A DNA stretch of 64,000 nt from Candidatus Sericytochromatia bacterium (GCA_035285865.1 JAYKHS010000010.1:1-64000); one strand, 5' to 3'; shown: positions 6,967 through 17,797, numbered from the stretch's first letter. The notes: generated by a model not told the origin, from the letters alone. Translations and numbers: made by a program.

Positions 6967-9116
6967 TCACTCCATCTTGCGGAGGGTGCCGTCCCATCCT
7001 TGCATGAGGTAGACATCCCCCTCAGGTCCGATGGTCAGTGCACCCGGGCGAACGACCTTTGCTTCGGTTCCCGCACCATCCGCGGGATTCCTGCTCTCGG
7101 CCGTGCTGCCCGTCAGCGTCGTCACGGTGCCATCCGGGCTGATCTGCCGTATGGCGTCGTTCCATGAATCCGAAACGTAAACGTAGCCGTTGTCATCGGC
7201 CGCAATGCCCGAGAGAGCCTCAAAGGAAGCCTCCGCACTCTTGCCGTCGGCAAAGCCTTGCTTGCTCCCGGCCAACGTGGTGACCTGACCTCCAGGCGAG
7301 ACCTTCCGCACCCTGAAGCCCGCTCCGGCCTCAGCCTCTGAATAGCTTCCACCCTCGGCGACATAGATGGTGCCGTCCCTGCCCACCGCACAGGCATTGA
7401 TGCGGGTGAATCGGGCCTCGCTGCCAAGGCCGTCCCGGCTTGAGGGAGTGGCCTCCGGAACGGCATCGGGCGGCATGCCGGCGATCGTCGTGGAGACCAT
7501 GTCCGGCCAACTGAGCCGCCGCAGACATTGGTACGTGTAGTCGATGGCGACCAATCCGCCTCGACCATCCGGGTGCACCGACTGGATGACCCCCCAAGTC
7601 GCCGTGGCGGCCTGGCCATTGGTGTAGGTCGGATCATAGGTTTCCTGGCCGAACGGCACGCGTGACGTCGAACCATCTCTGCGCACGACTCTGATGACCC
7701 GTTCCCTCAGCACTTCGTCGGCCGTCAGGTAGTCCCCTTCCGGGGAAAGCCCCAGCATGAACGGAGAAAGATGAACGGACGCTCCCGCCGGGCCATAGGA
7801 GACAAAGCGACCTTCTACGGGTGCCACCCAGGCCGGATTCGCCACGCCCGAGAGGGTCGACAGCAAACCGTCCGGCACCGGCGGATCGAGCATGTATGGT
7901 GAGGACCTGCCCCCCTCGCGCGTCGGTGTCCTGACCCAACCCATGCGCTCGGCAACCCGGACGGAGCACGTTGCCACCAGGCTGCCACTACGGACGGTCA
8001 GAGATGCCGTGCCCTCTTGAAGTCCGGTCAACTATCCCGCTTCAATGGTGGCTTTGTCCCCCGTGACGGCCCACTCCACGCGTGGACGGTCCACGCGCAA
8101 CCCCTCCGTGTCCCAGACATGGGCCTGCAACTGTCGGGGCCTGCCCGGCATGACGGTGGCCCATTCGCGTCCCAGCGACAATCGGTCGTCGACGACGACG
8201 AAGGGCCAATCATTGCTCAGTAGTCCTCCGACAAGCACGACAACAGGTCCGCTCAGGCTTTTTGTGGGCACGACGAACCTGAGCTCGTTGTCGGAAACCC
8301 TGCGAACCGCTGTCAACAACGCCCCGTTCAGGGTCAGTTGGAGCGTCGTACCCGCAGACGCCCCGAAGTTCGTTCCGTACACGATGAACTCGGTGCCCTT
8401 GGCTCCGTTGGGTACCGACAGCCCCGTGATCGTCGGCATGTTCAAGGACAGCCCGAGCGAGCTGACCTTGGTCACGCCACCGGCCGACACCTGGACGTCG
8501 TACGTGGCCGCCCGCCCGAGACCGGGCTTTTGCGCCACCAGGGTGAAGCGTCCTTCCGGAACCCCGGTCAGGGACCAATTGCCCGCGCGATCCGCCTTGG
8601 CGCCATACGAGGAACCGGGGATGAATACATCCACGCCCTCGAAGTCCGTGACCATAGGTTGGTCGGGGGCCGAGACGCCGCCGGAGAGCGTGCCTGTGGG
8701 CTTCAGCGCCAAGCTTCCGACCTGTCTGGTTTCGCCCGGCGAAGGACACGTTGCCGAGCCAGGCCTTCTCGGTGGCCGAAGACACTGCCTCGAGGTTGTA
8801 GCTGCCATCGCTAGTCAGGCGACAGACGAACTGGCCGTCGGCATCCGTCATGCTGTCTGGGGATCTTGGCCAGGGTCCGCCGAGCTGCCGTGGTGTTGAG
8901 CACTGAAGTGTTGTTGAGCCACGCCGTCACCACCACCCCGGCCCGCGGCTTGCCCTCGGCATTCACCACCCGCCCGACCAGTGCCGACAAGGAGTCGGCA
9001 GCGATGGTGGTCGCGGTGGTTTGCGTGGCCCCCGGCAGGAAACCCTGACAGGCTCCGAGCAGGCTGGCCAATACCAGGAGCGCAACAAACGGACCACGCC
9101 GGAACAGGAGCATCAA
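6967..9116 (-). pseudogene. Disrupted surface lipoprotein (carboxypeptidase-regulatory-like, IPT/TIG, Ig-like, NHL repeats)
   Basis: Lipobox LGAC; homology to 9864-12188 runs across four ORF pieces via frameshifts near 8860 and 8738 and an in-frame TAG at 8032-8034; NHL motifs GTIYVAE, VTTLAG, YVYVSDSWNDAIR. Confidence 0.8.
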
Positions 9117-9188
9117 GGGTCGATTGTACCCGTGCCGAGCCAGTGACCGGTGGGCCGCAACAGCTCCGCAAACAACCCCGGGGTGGGG

Positions 9189-9719
9189 TCAGTCGCGGTG
9201 TCCGGGAGGCCTTCCCGAGGGGAAGGGTGGCAAGCTGACGTCCGATCCGTCTGGCCATTCGCGGCCCAGTGCAGCTCCCACTAGGCGTTCGCGACTCTTC
9301 GGGTCGATGCCGTGGAAACTCACGACCGTCAGGATATGTTCCAGATCCCGCCGGTTCTTGCCCAGCGCGATGGCGCGATGAATGGCCTGCTCGAAGACCG
9401 GACCGCGCTCCTTGGGCATCGTGATCAGGAACGAAGCGGACCGAGCGATATCCAGAGCCTCGGCCGTGTGGCGTGCTTTGGGCAACGTTTCCGCCAGCAG
9501 GCTGCGAACCTTGGCGTCCCTGAACGCGGGCGGGGTGGTCGAGAAGGAGATGGCACGGGCCAGATCGAGGGCGTGTGTCAGGGCGGCGCCATCGCTTGTG
9601 GCTGCCGAAAGTTGCAGCCTGTCACCGGAAGGCCGGACCGGCGCGGCGCTGATTGTCGCGGGGCGCGGCATCGGTCGGCCTTGCGTTGACCGGGCTGACG
9701 CCGGAACGGGTGCGGGCAA
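9189..9719 (-). CDS. Hypothetical protein
   Basis: Fills the gap; Pro-rich N-terminus then repeated helical ALDLARA/ALDIARS segments. Confidence 0.55.
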   Translation of the reverse strand: MPAPVPASARSTQGRPMPRPATISAAPVRPSGDRLQLSAATSDGAALTHALDLARAISFSTTPPAFRDAKVRSLLAETLPKARHTAEALDIARSASFLITMPKERGPVFEQAIHRAIALGKNRRDLEHILTVVSFHGIDPKSRERLVGAALGREWPDGSDVSLPPFPSGRPPGHRD

Positions 9720-9863
9720 GTGCTGACCTCACGGTGGTTGTGTCCTGATGGATCTGTCGGGCCAAATGCGGAGATTCCGGTTATCCGGCCGTCAAGGTCT
9801 CGTGAAGGAACAGCTCATTCCAACCGCACGGTCTGGGCAAAGGAACGTGGGTATGCAAACTAC

Positions 9864-12188
9864 ATGGCCCGGTTCACTTTGACGCTTTCTCGTGCGCTGC
9901 CGCACTTGGCCGTGTTGCTCGCCGGATGTTCCGCCGCCACGGTTCAGGCAGGTACTGCCTCGTTGGCCGGCGCCCCAGGCAATCCTGGTGTCGAGGGCAA
10001 GCGCGTGGCCGTGGTGCGGGATGCCTCCGGCGCGGCCGTCGTGGGTGCCCGTATCCGGGCCTTCGAGGCGACGCAGGTGCCTGCGGGGCTGCCCGCCAAC
10101 CTTGTCAGCAATGCTGCGGGTGGGCTTGTTTCGAATGCTGCCGGTGCATTCCGGACCCTCGGCCTCCTGGTTGCAGGACGTTTGCCGAGGCGGATCCAGG
10201 CCATTGCCGAAACCACGACCGATGCCAACGGGACCTATGGGCTCGACCTTCCAGCCGGAACCTACAACATCGAGGCTGCCGCCTCCGACGGTCGCACCAA
10301 GGCCTGGCGAGGTGCGGTACGGATTGGGGTCGATGGCAGCTTTGCGGGGGAACCTTTCGTCCTGCAACCCGTGGGCCGTATATCCGGTCGCGTGACGGTG
10401 GCCGATGCGACCGTCACGGACCTGCTCCGAACGCAGGTTTTCGTGCCGGGGTCTTCCTATGTCGCCAACACGACGGCGGATGGTCGGTTCATCATTTCCG
10501 AGGTGCCTGCCGGTACCTTCCCGCTCTTTGCCTGGCATCCGACGCTGGGAGAGGCCATGGCCACAGGTGCTGCGGCCGTCCAGGTGGCCCCGGGATCCAC
10601 GGCCGAGGCCGGCCCCCTGCGTCTGGGGCGTGAGCGACCGCGTGTTGACGCGCTGCTGGCTTCCGGTTCCGATCGCACCGTGGTCGCAGCAGCCCCGGGG
10701 GCATCGCTCGCGCTCGCTGGCGAACACTTCGGTGCGGCAAAGGGCCGTGCCTACAAGGTCGAGGTCCAGGGAGTGACCGCACTTTCCGCCACCAGGGACT
10801 CGGATTCGCGTATCCGCTTCGACGTGCCCGCCGGTGCGCGCAATGGCAACGTGACACTCGAAGTGGATGGTGTCTTCGCGGAGCCCCTGCCCTTGCGGGT
10901 ACTCAAGTCGGTGCAATGGAAGTCCGCTTCCCTGATGCTTGCATCGGGTGCCACGGCGGACCTGCACGTTCTGTTGGAAGTCCGGGACACCGATGACATT
11001 GCCGTCGTGCCGGTCCGCGAAGGCGGCGGTTGGGCCGTCCCCCCTGCCGAACTGGCCTTCAGGACGGACGTGCCTCGGGTGCACCTCGGGGCGGACGGCG
11101 TTCTGAGGGCCTTGTCCGAAGGCGAGGCCGCCGTGACGGTGACCGCCGGGAGCTTGCCGCCCCGCACGCTCGTCGTCCAGGTACTTCCGGAGGGCCAGCC
11201 CGTGCCGACCCCCACGCCCGCGCCCACCGCGACTCCTGCGCCGCCACCCACGCCGGTGCCGACTCCCGTCCCCACCCCCGCACCGACGCCGACCCCGGAC
11301 GTCTCGACCCGCTACACCGTTGCCGGCACCTTCGCGGTCGCGGCGCGCGCCCCCGATGGCGCGACCGTCGTGTCCGGAACGCCCCAGGGGCAGGTGGTGA
11401 TCGCTGATGGCGCGGATGGGGGCAACGTGATGCTGACGGGGCATCCCAACCGCGTTCCTGCACCTGTTGTCGCGGTGGCCGTTGCACCCGGAGGAAGCTA
11501 CGTGGCCGCAAGTTGGGCGGACGGTGTCCTGGCCTTATTCGACCGTTCCGGGAGAGTCGTGGCCTTCACCTCGCTGGGGGCACCGGCGCGACACCTGATG
11601 TTCGACCCGCGTGCCAACGGCCAGCTGGTCGGCGGCCTGCTGTCGGGCCATGTGGCCGTGTTGAATGGTGGCAGCGTGCTGCGGATGGTGTCCCTCGGCT
11701 CGGAGGTGCGTTTCCTCGATATTTCCGGTGCGGCTTCGGGCGGCAAGGCTGTCGTGACGGCCATTGGTGCCTCCGGTCGCCTGCTGGCCTTCGATGTGGA
11801 CTCCAGTACCGTCAGCCTGGATACGGACATCTCGGGCGGGCGCGGTGTCTTTGCGGCGGCGGCCGGTCCGTACGCGTCCGGAAAACTGGCCTGGGTCGAT
11901 GGAAGCGGCAACCTCAGGCTGCGAACCCTCCTGTCTGCCGAGCAACCGGGTTCGGTCCTCGTCTCGCCCTCTGGCCCGGAGGCCATCGGCCAGATAGGCT
12001 TCGAGCCCGACGGTCAGCACCTGCTGATTGCACGCGGCACCAGCTTGCGTCGGCATCGATTGGCCGATGGTGGCGAGGTTCGCTCGTGGACCCTAAAGGC
12101 CGTGCCGGTGGGCGTCCTCGGCGCGGCCGGCGGGATGCTGGACCTGATGCTGGCGAACGGCAGCGTCATCGGCGTTCCCGCGCCCTGA
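9864..12188 (+). CDS. Large surface lipoprotein (carboxypeptidase-regulatory-like domains, IPT/TIG, Pro-Thr linker, WD40-like propeller)
   Basis: Lipobox LAGC; TTTDANGTY, VFVPGSSY, LAGEHFGA; PT repeats; beta-rich C-terminus. Confidence 0.85.
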   Translation: MARFTLTLSRALPHLAVLLAGCSAATVQAGTASLAGAPGNPGVEGKRVAVVRDASGAAVVGARIRAFEATQVPAGLPANLVSNAAGGLVSNAAGAFRTLGLLVAGRLPRRIQAIAETTTDANGTYGLDLPAGTYNIEAAASDGRTKAWRGAVRIGVDGSFAGEPFVLQPVGRISGRVTVADATVTDLLRTQVFVPGSSYVANTTADGRFIISEVPAGTFPLFAWHPTLGEAMATGAAAVQVAPGSTAEAGPLRLGRERPRVDALLASGSDRTVVAAAPGASLALAGEHFGAAKGRAYKVEVQGVTALSATRDSDSRIRFDVPAGARNGNVTLEVDGVFAEPLPLRVLKSVQWKSASLMLASGATADLHVLLEVRDTDDIAVVPVREGGGWAVPPAELAFRTDVPRVHLGADGVLRALSEGEAAVTVTAGSLPPRTLVVQVLPEGQPVPTPTPAPTATPAPPPTPVPTPVPTPAPTPTPDVSTRYTVAGTFAVAARAPDGATVVSGTPQGQVVIADGADGGNVMLTGHPNRVPAPVVAVAVAPGGSYVAASWADGVLALFDRSGRVVAFTSLGAPARHLMFDPRANGQLVGGLLSGHVAVLNGGSVLRMVSLGSEVRFLDISGAASGGKAVVTAIGASGRLLAFDVDSSTVSLDTDISGGRGVFAAAAGPYASGKLAWVDGSGNLRLRTLLSAEQPGSVLVSPSGPEAIGQIGFEPDGQHLLIARGTSLRRHRLADGGEVRSWTLKAVPVGVLGAAGGMLDLMLANGSVIGVPAP
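10101..10145 (+). repeat. Tandem peptide repeat LVSNAAG x2
   Basis: LVSNAAGGLVSNAAG. Confidence 0.8.
11199..11298 (+). repeat. Pro-Thr linker repeat
   Basis: PVPTPTPAPTATPAPPPTPVPTPVPTPAPTPTP. Confidence 0.85.
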
Positions 12189-12206
12189 CGCCGCGAGCCC
12201 GAGGGT

Positions 12207-13439
12207 TCAGGGCATGCGAACCTTGAGGAAGCTGCCCCCGCCTCGCCAATCCTCTGCCCGGCTGACCCCTGTCTGGTCCTCTCCCGTGACGATGGCACCG
12301 AGCCGCTTGTCGATGTGGGTGGTGGCCTGAGGCCCCGACTCGATGGCGATCCACGACCTGCCGGTCTTGTGCGCCACGGCGGCCATCGTCCCCGAACCAG
12401 CGAAAGGATCGAGCACGAGGTCTCCTGCCATGGTGAACATCCGGATGAGTCTTCTCAACAGGCGTTCGGGCTTCTTGCCCTTGGCGAAGGCGACGCCGCC
12501 CTCGAGGCGGATGTTGCCCATGTCCAGGTGAAAGCCGTCCCACCAATCTCCGAGCAGGTTGGTCAAGGCCAATCGATCGCGACCACCGGGTACCTCGATC
12601 GGCCTGACCTTGAGGGAGAGCGGGATGAGTTGGTCCACGCCAGTGCTCGTTCGCCGAATCAGGTAGGTCTGACCTCGGATGGTCAGGGGCGCAACCTCGG
12701 ACGACGAGGAAGCCGTACTTCCCAGAAGGTTGCCGAGCTTCCAGGCTTCGAGGGCCTTGGCCGGAGCCGTATGGGAGCGACAGATGAGATCCGCTCGATT
12801 GAGGACCCAGTCCCGGAAGAGATTGCTGGTCTCGTGCAGGGCCACGAGGGAGGAGTTGCGCGGGGGCAGGCCAGCAGCCGCAAGCATGGCCGCGACCTCG
12901 TGGTCCTCGGTCAGACGGCCGAACTGCCGCCGGTCTGCCGAGAGCAGGTACGCATAGTGCGCGTCGAGCCGGTCGAGGGGCTCATAGGCCGCCTCATGCA
13001 GGACCAGATTCCTGGCATGGACGTGGATGAACTCGGTGTTCTTCACCAGCGTCCGGTGGGCGTGTTCCAACTTGTAGCCGGACGTGGCCGACATCCGGAC
13101 CGCGATGGTGGACACGTAGCTGGCGCGACCGAGCACTTCGTCCAACAGGACCTTCAAGTAGGCGGATTCGTGGCGATCCGTCTGCGACACGACGACTCCA
13201 TCGGGCCGCAGCAAGGGAACGATGGCCGAGATCACCTCGCGCATCATGGCGCACCATGCGTCGTGGTCCCGGCTGTCGTCGTAGTGGTCGAAGGTGCGAC
13301 CCGTGTTGTACGGCGGATCCAGATAGACCAGCCTGACACGGCCGGCATGGGTGGAGCGGAGTGTCTCCAGCGCCTGCTTGTTGTCACCATGGATGAGCAG
13401 GCCAGTCGGGGCTTGCGCCCCAATCGGCTCCCCCGTCAC
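12207..13439 (-). CDS. Site-specific DNA methyltransferase, beta class, type III Mod-like
   Basis: LIHGDN, YLDPPYNTG, KKPERLL, VLDPFAGSGT, EDQTGVSxxxxWxGGGSF; GTG overlaps upstream TGA. Confidence 0.9.
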   Translation of the reverse strand: MTGEPIGAQAPTGLLIHGDNKQALETLRSTHAGRVRLVYLDPPYNTGRTFDHYDDSRDHDAWCAMMREVISAIVPLLRPDGVVVSQTDRHESAYLKVLLDEVLGRASYVSTIAVRMSATSGYKLEHAHRTLVKNTEFIHVHARNLVLHEAAYEPLDRLDAHYAYLLSADRRQFGRLTEDHEVAAMLAAAGLPPRNSSLVALHETSNLFRDWVLNRADLICRSHTAPAKALEAWKLGNLLGSTASSSSEVAPLTIRGQTYLIRRTSTGVDQLIPLSLKVRPIEVPGGRDRLALTNLLGDWWDGFHLDMGNIRLEGGVAFAKGKKPERLLRRLIRMFTMAGDLVLDPFAGSGTMAAVAHKTGRSWIAIESGPQATTHIDKRLGAIVTGEDQTGVSRAEDWRGGGSFLKVRMP

Positions 13440-14392
13440 TGCTCCGCGCCGCGAAGAGCGGCCAGACTGCGGGCATCCAGGATGGCATTCGAGGGAAGCA
13501 CCATCAGGTTCTTGCCCTCCTTGAGCGCTGAGGCCATCTCCTTGGTCACCTCGAGGCGAACATACTGCTCGGGATTGATCCCGAGGGCCGCCCGGGCCGC
13601 CGCCTCGCCCTTGGCCCTGATGACCTTGGCATCGGCTTCTGCATGCGCCTCGATCTTGACCCGCTCGGCTTCCATGCGGGCCTTCTCCAGATTCTGGCGC
13701 GCCGTCAGGGTGTCCTGCTCGATCTGGGCCTTGCGCTCCACGGCAGTCTTGATGGCGGTCGGCAGCACGATGTTGCTGATGGCCACCGTCTCGACCAGCA
13801 CGTGATCGTCGCCGATGCCCTCGATCTGGACGTCCTTGTCCTTGAGGCCATCCTGCAGCACCCGCCTCATGAGGGCCGCCGCGCGCGCCCCACGGCTCTG
13901 GTAGACATCGACCACCCGGGACTGCGAGAAGGCGTAGCCCGCTGCTTGCTGGATGACCGGGATCCAGCGCGTCTCGACCAGCCCATGATCGCCCTCGAAC
14001 GGCTTCCGGTACCGCTGGAAAAGTTCGACCGCGGCACCGTTGTCCTCGCTGAGCTGGGGTTTGTACTGCACGCGGATGTCCACCATGATTTCCTGGCCCT
14101 CGGACGTGTTCACCTTGAAGTCGTCGAGGTTGATGCTGTCGACGATTCCGCTGGGAAACTCGTAGACCTTCTTGAAGAACCCCACGACGTGAAAGCCTGC
14201 ACCGAGCGGCCGGCCGGCCACCTTGCCGGTCAGCGTGTCGGTGACCACGCCGACATTGCCGACGGGGATGCTGGTGGTGAACCCGGCACCCATCGACACG
14301 AGCACTCCGAACAGGGCCAGCGCACCCAGTCCCATGGCCACCTTGGTCGCGGAACCCGCGATATCGGGATACTTGTCGCTGAGTTTGTTCAT
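13436..14392 (-). CDS. SPFH/prohibitin (band 7) domain protein
   Basis: N-terminal TM; IPVGNVGVV, GFHVV, TSEGQEIMVDIRVQY; C-terminal coiled coil AEADAKVIRAKGEA. Confidence 0.9.
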   Translation of the reverse strand: MNKLSDKYPDIAGSATKVAMGLGALALFGVLVSMGAGFTTSIPVGNVGVVTDTLTGKVAGRPLGAGFHVVGFFKKVYEFPSGIVDSINLDDFKVNTSEGQEIMVDIRVQYKPQLSEDNGAAVELFQRYRKPFEGDHGLVETRWIPVIQQAAGYAFSQSRVVDVYQSRGARAAALMRRVLQDGLKDKDVQIEGIGDDHVLVETVAISNIVLPTAIKTAVERKAQIEQDTLTARQNLEKARMEAERVKIEAHAEADAKVIRAKGEAAARAALGINPEQYVRLEVTKEMASALKEGKNLMVLPSNAILDARSLAALRGAEQ

Positions 14393-14485
14393 GGTGGGAA
14401 CAGTCTAACAGCAAGCGATCGGGAGCGTGCGATACACTTCGCCACGGAACCAGTCCCGACCCCCGGACCGTGCAGGAGGTGTGTC

Positions 14486-14977
14486 ATGAGCGAGCCCATC
14501 CGCGATACCGCAGATATTTCCGAGGACGAGGGAAACGCCCAAGGCGTCCCGTCCCTGGCGGAGCGACTCCGCGACATGCCGGCCGCCAACCTCCGGGTCG
14601 TGGGCCTGGCGCTCTTGACGGGGTCCTTCGTTTTTCCTGCCGTGGGCCTGTTTCTGGCTGGCGGGCTCGACTCCTGGACGGATGTTTTCCCCGGCATGAT
14701 GGCGTTCTGGTTCTACGGACCTTCCCTCCTCGCACTGGTGCTCGCCATGGGCACCCGGACTCGTGCGGGCTGGTTAAGGGCTATCACGATGGGCATGGCG
14801 GCAGAGGCCACCATCGTCCTGTTGCTGGTCGAAACCGTGGCTTCAACGCAAGACAGGCCGACCGAGTTGCTCCATCTTGCGGCACCGTTGCCCGCGTTCG
14901 CCCTGCAGATGCTCGCGTGGACGATCGTGGGTCGTTGGGCTGATCGCCATCTGCCCGATTCGTCACCGATGCCGTGA
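14486..14977 (+). CDS. Membrane protein (about 4 TM), paralog 1
   Basis: AGGAGG RBS; hydrophobic helices; similar to the next gene. Confidence 0.75.
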   Translation: MSEPIRDTADISEDEGNAQGVPSLAERLRDMPAANLRVVGLALLTGSFVFPAVGLFLAGGLDSWTDVFPGMMAFWFYGPSLLALVLAMGTRTRAGWLRAITMGMAAEATIVLLLVETVASTQDRPTELLHLAAPLPAFALQMLAWTIVGRWADRHLPDSSPMP

Positions 14978-15083
14978 ATCCTGGCTGTCCTGTACCCGGT
15001 GTACCATGAGGCCTTGGTTGGGTGGTGGCCCGGTTGGGGGCGAATCACTCGGTACGAGGCAGGCGTCATCGGGAGACTTGGAC

Positions 15084-15557
15084 ATGGAAGAGCCCGTTGA
15101 TCGCGCGTCTGGCGCAGACGCTTCGCTGGCGGACAGGATTGCCGCGATGCCAACCTACGTGTTTAAGGTCTTGGCTGCTGCGGTGGCCTTGGGTTCGGCA
15201 GTGGCAATCGGAGCGGTACTCTGGCTGCTTGCGGGTGATACGGGCCCAGAGTCTTGGAAGTCGGCAATCCCCGACGTGCTGGCACCCTGGCTTTACTCGC
15301 CCGCCTTGTTGCCTTTGCTGGTGGCTCTGCTGGCGCGGACACGCGCGACGATTGCTGCTGCTGTCGCAGCTGCACTGTGCGCAGAGGTCGCCTTGGTGTT
15401 GCCGGCATTTGAGCTGCTTCAGCCTAGCGTCGACGCCCAGTCGGGTCTCGTCGTTCTGTTCGCACCGCTGCCTGCCTTGTTCGTCCAAGCCGTCGTCCTT
15501 CTGTTGGTGCGCCGCTGGGGCCGCAGGGCTTGGCCAGAGGGCCGCATCATCCGCTGA
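15084..15557 (+). CDS. Membrane protein (about 4 TM), paralog 2
   Basis: GGAG RBS; shares SLAxRxxxMP, RTRA and APLPA motifs with the previous gene. Confidence 0.75.
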   Translation: MEEPVDRASGADASLADRIAAMPTYVFKVLAAAVALGSAVAIGAVLWLLAGDTGPESWKSAIPDVLAPWLYSPALLPLLVALLARTRATIAAAVAAALCAEVALVLPAFELLQPSVDAQSGLVVLFAPLPALFVQAVVLLLVRRWGRRAWPEGRIIR

Positions 15558-15610
15558 CGTCTGCCGGGCGTGCTAGCATGCCCCGTCCGGTTTTCGCGAA
15601 GGAGCGTGCC

Positions 15611-16840
15611 ATGGCCAAGATCAAGGTCCAGAATCCCGTCGTCGAGCTCGACGGAGACGAGATGACGCGGATCATCTGGCAGTTCATCAAAGAGCGGCTG
15701 ATCCTCCCGTATCTCGACATTGATCTGAAGTACTATGACCTCGGCATCGAGCATCGCGATGTCACGGACGACCAGGTCACCATCGACGCGGCCAATGCCA
15801 TCAAGCAGTACGGAGTGGGCGTCAAGTGCGCGACTATCACGCCGGATGAGGCTCGGGTCGAGGAGTTCGGCCTGAAGCAGATGTGGAAGTCCCCCAACGG
15901 CACCATCCGCAACATTCTCGACGGGACGGTGTTCCGCGAGCCCATCATCTGCCGGAACGTTCCCCGCCTTGTCCCTGGCTGGACCCAGCCCATCGTCATC
16001 GGCCGCCATGCCTTCGGCGATCAGTATCGCGCCACCGACTTCCGGATTCCAGGCGCCGGTAAGCTGACGATGCGCTTCGAGGGCGCGGACGGTCAGGTCA
16101 TCGAGAAGGAAGTGTTCACCTTCAAGGGTTCAGGCGTGACGCTGGGCATGTACAACCTCGACGAATCCATCAAGGGCTTTGCCCGTGCCTGCCTCAACTA
16201 CGGTCTGGCCAAGAAGTGGCCGGTCTACCTCTCGACCAAGAACACCATCCTGAAGGCCTATGCCGGCCGATTCAAGGATCTCTTCCAGGAGATCTACGAC
16301 ACCGAGTTCAAGGCCCGCTTCGATGCCGCCGGCATCACCTACGAGCACCGCCTGATCGACGACATGGTTGCCGCGGCCCTGAAGTGGAACGGAGCGTTCG
16401 TCTGGGCCTGCAAGAACTACGACGGGGATGTCCAGTCCGACACCGTGGCCCAGGGCTTCGGCTCGCTGGGGCTGATGACCTCGGTGCTCATGAGCCCGGA
16501 TGGTAAGACCGTCGAGGCCGAGGCGGCCCATGGCACGGTGACGCGCCACTATCGCGAGCATCAGAAGGGCAAGGAGACCTCGACGAACCCCATCGCCTCC
16601 ATTTATGCGTGGACGCGGGGCCTCTACTACAGGGCCAAGTTCGACCAGAATCCCGAACTCGAGAAGTTCGCGACGACGCTTGAGGAGGTCTGCGTGGAGA
16701 CGGTCGAGGCCGGTTTCATGACCAAGGACCTCGCCATCCTCATCAGCAAGGACCAGCCTTGGATGACCACCCAGCAGTTCCTCGCCAAACTGGACGAGAA
16801 CCTGCGCGCCAAGATGGGGCTAGCGGTGATGGCTGGCTGA
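15611..16840 (+). CDS. icd: NADP-dependent isocitrate dehydrogenase (IDH1-like type II)
   Basis: [61 protein letters not shown]. Confidence 0.97.
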   Translation: MAKIKVQNPVVELDGDEMTRIIWQFIKERLILPYLDIDLKYYDLGIEHRDVTDDQVTIDAANAIKQYGVGVKCATITPDEARVEEFGLKQMWKSPNGTIRNILDGTVFREPIICRNVPRLVPGWTQPIVIGRHAFGDQYRATDFRIPGAGKLTMRFEGADGQVIEKEVFTFKGSGVTLGMYNLDESIKGFARACLNYGLAKKWPVYLSTKNTILKAYAGRFKDLFQEIYDTEFKARFDAAGITYEHRLIDDMVAAALKWNGAFVWACKNYDGDVQSDTVAQGFGSLGLMTSVLMSPDGKTVEAEAAHGTVTRHYREHQKGKETSTNPIASIYAWTRGLYYRAKFDQNPELEKFATTLEEVCVETVEAGFMTKDLAILISKDQPWMTTQQFLAKLDENLRAKMGLAVMAG

Positions 16841-16853
16841 CACTCCGTTAGCC

Positions 16854-16891
16854 CACGGGCCCTGCAGTACGAGACGAGTGCAGGGCCCGTG
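16854..16891. terminator. 13-bp stem hairpin between convergent genes
   Basis: CACGGGCCCTGCA / TGCAGGGCCCGTG. Confidence 0.7.
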
Positions 16892-16906
16892 CGCTATGGT
16901 TACCGG

Positions 16907-17614
16907 TTACCGAACCGTGACGCGACCGCCCCCGCCACCACCGCCCGCGCCAACTGGCTCAGGATCAGGCCCGAGCGCTGGCCCGAGGGCTGGACGCTTG
17001 AAGATTCGGTTGAACTCTTCTCCGAGCGACGCGATCAGGTCGTCGGCCCGCTTGCGCTTGCCCTCCATGAACTCGCTCTTGCTGATCTCACCGTTCTTGT
17101 CCGTATCGTACTTCAGCTCATTATTCGTGCGATCCGTGCGAATCTCATTGCCGCTCAGGACGCCATCCTCATTGATGTCGCGCACCGCAAACTCCACTTC
17201 GAGAGCCTTGTCTCGAGCGGCAGCCGCATCTGCCTTCCGTCCCTGAGCGAACTCGCCCTTCGAGATTTTTCCGTCCTTGTCGCTGTCGTAATGCTCGATA
17301 CCTTTGGTCTCTGTACCTGACAGAATGCCATCGGCGTTGATGTCGCGAGCGCTGAACTGGGGGTTCTGTCTCTCGCGAATACGACCAAGGATGGAACTCA
17401 ACTCCGCTTTGTTACCCTCGAGAAACTCCTCTTTGGTAATCTTGCCATCCTTGTTGCCATCGAACTTGTCCAGGCCCAGTTTCTCTGTGCCGGTAAGGAC
17501 CCCGTCTCGATTGATGTCCCGCTTCTCGAAGCTGGCGGCACCACCCAGAGGTGAGGTCGGCAGGGCGGGGCGGGCCGGCCTTGAGGCGGCGCCAGGACCA
17601 ACTCGGTTGAACAT
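16907..17614 (-). CDS. Six-EF-hand calcium-binding protein
   Basis: DINRDGVLTGTE, DGNKDGKITKEE, DINADGILSGTE, DSDKDGKISKGE, DINEDGVLSGNE, DTDKNGEISKSE; AAGGAGG RBS. Confidence 0.9.
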   Translation of the reverse strand: MFNRVGPGAASRPARPALPTSPLGGAASFEKRDINRDGVLTGTEKLGLDKFDGNKDGKITKEEFLEGNKAELSSILGRIRERQNPQFSARDINADGILSGTETKGIEHYDSDKDGKISKGEFAQGRKADAAAARDKALEVEFAVRDINEDGVLSGNEIRTDRTNNELKYDTDKNGEISKSEFMEGKRKRADDLIASLGEEFNRIFKRPALGPALGPDPEPVGAGGGGGGGRVTVR

Positions 17615-17797
17615 GGGGGGGAGCCCTCCTTGAGCACAGGCGATGTCAAGACCCTACCCGGGGCAACTCGGTTCTGAAACGTTACACCTTGTCCTCTCAT
17701 CAATCGGGCGTGGCAAGGGGGGTGGCCGACGTCAAGATGTCTTCGGAAGCGCCCGGATCGCGAGATTTAATGCGCCTTTGAACAAGTGCCGCCTTGC

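Noticed and set aside
12207..14414. 735-aa methyltransferase as listed
   Set aside because: N-terminal part is an alternate frame over the SPFH gene; real start is the GTG at 13439
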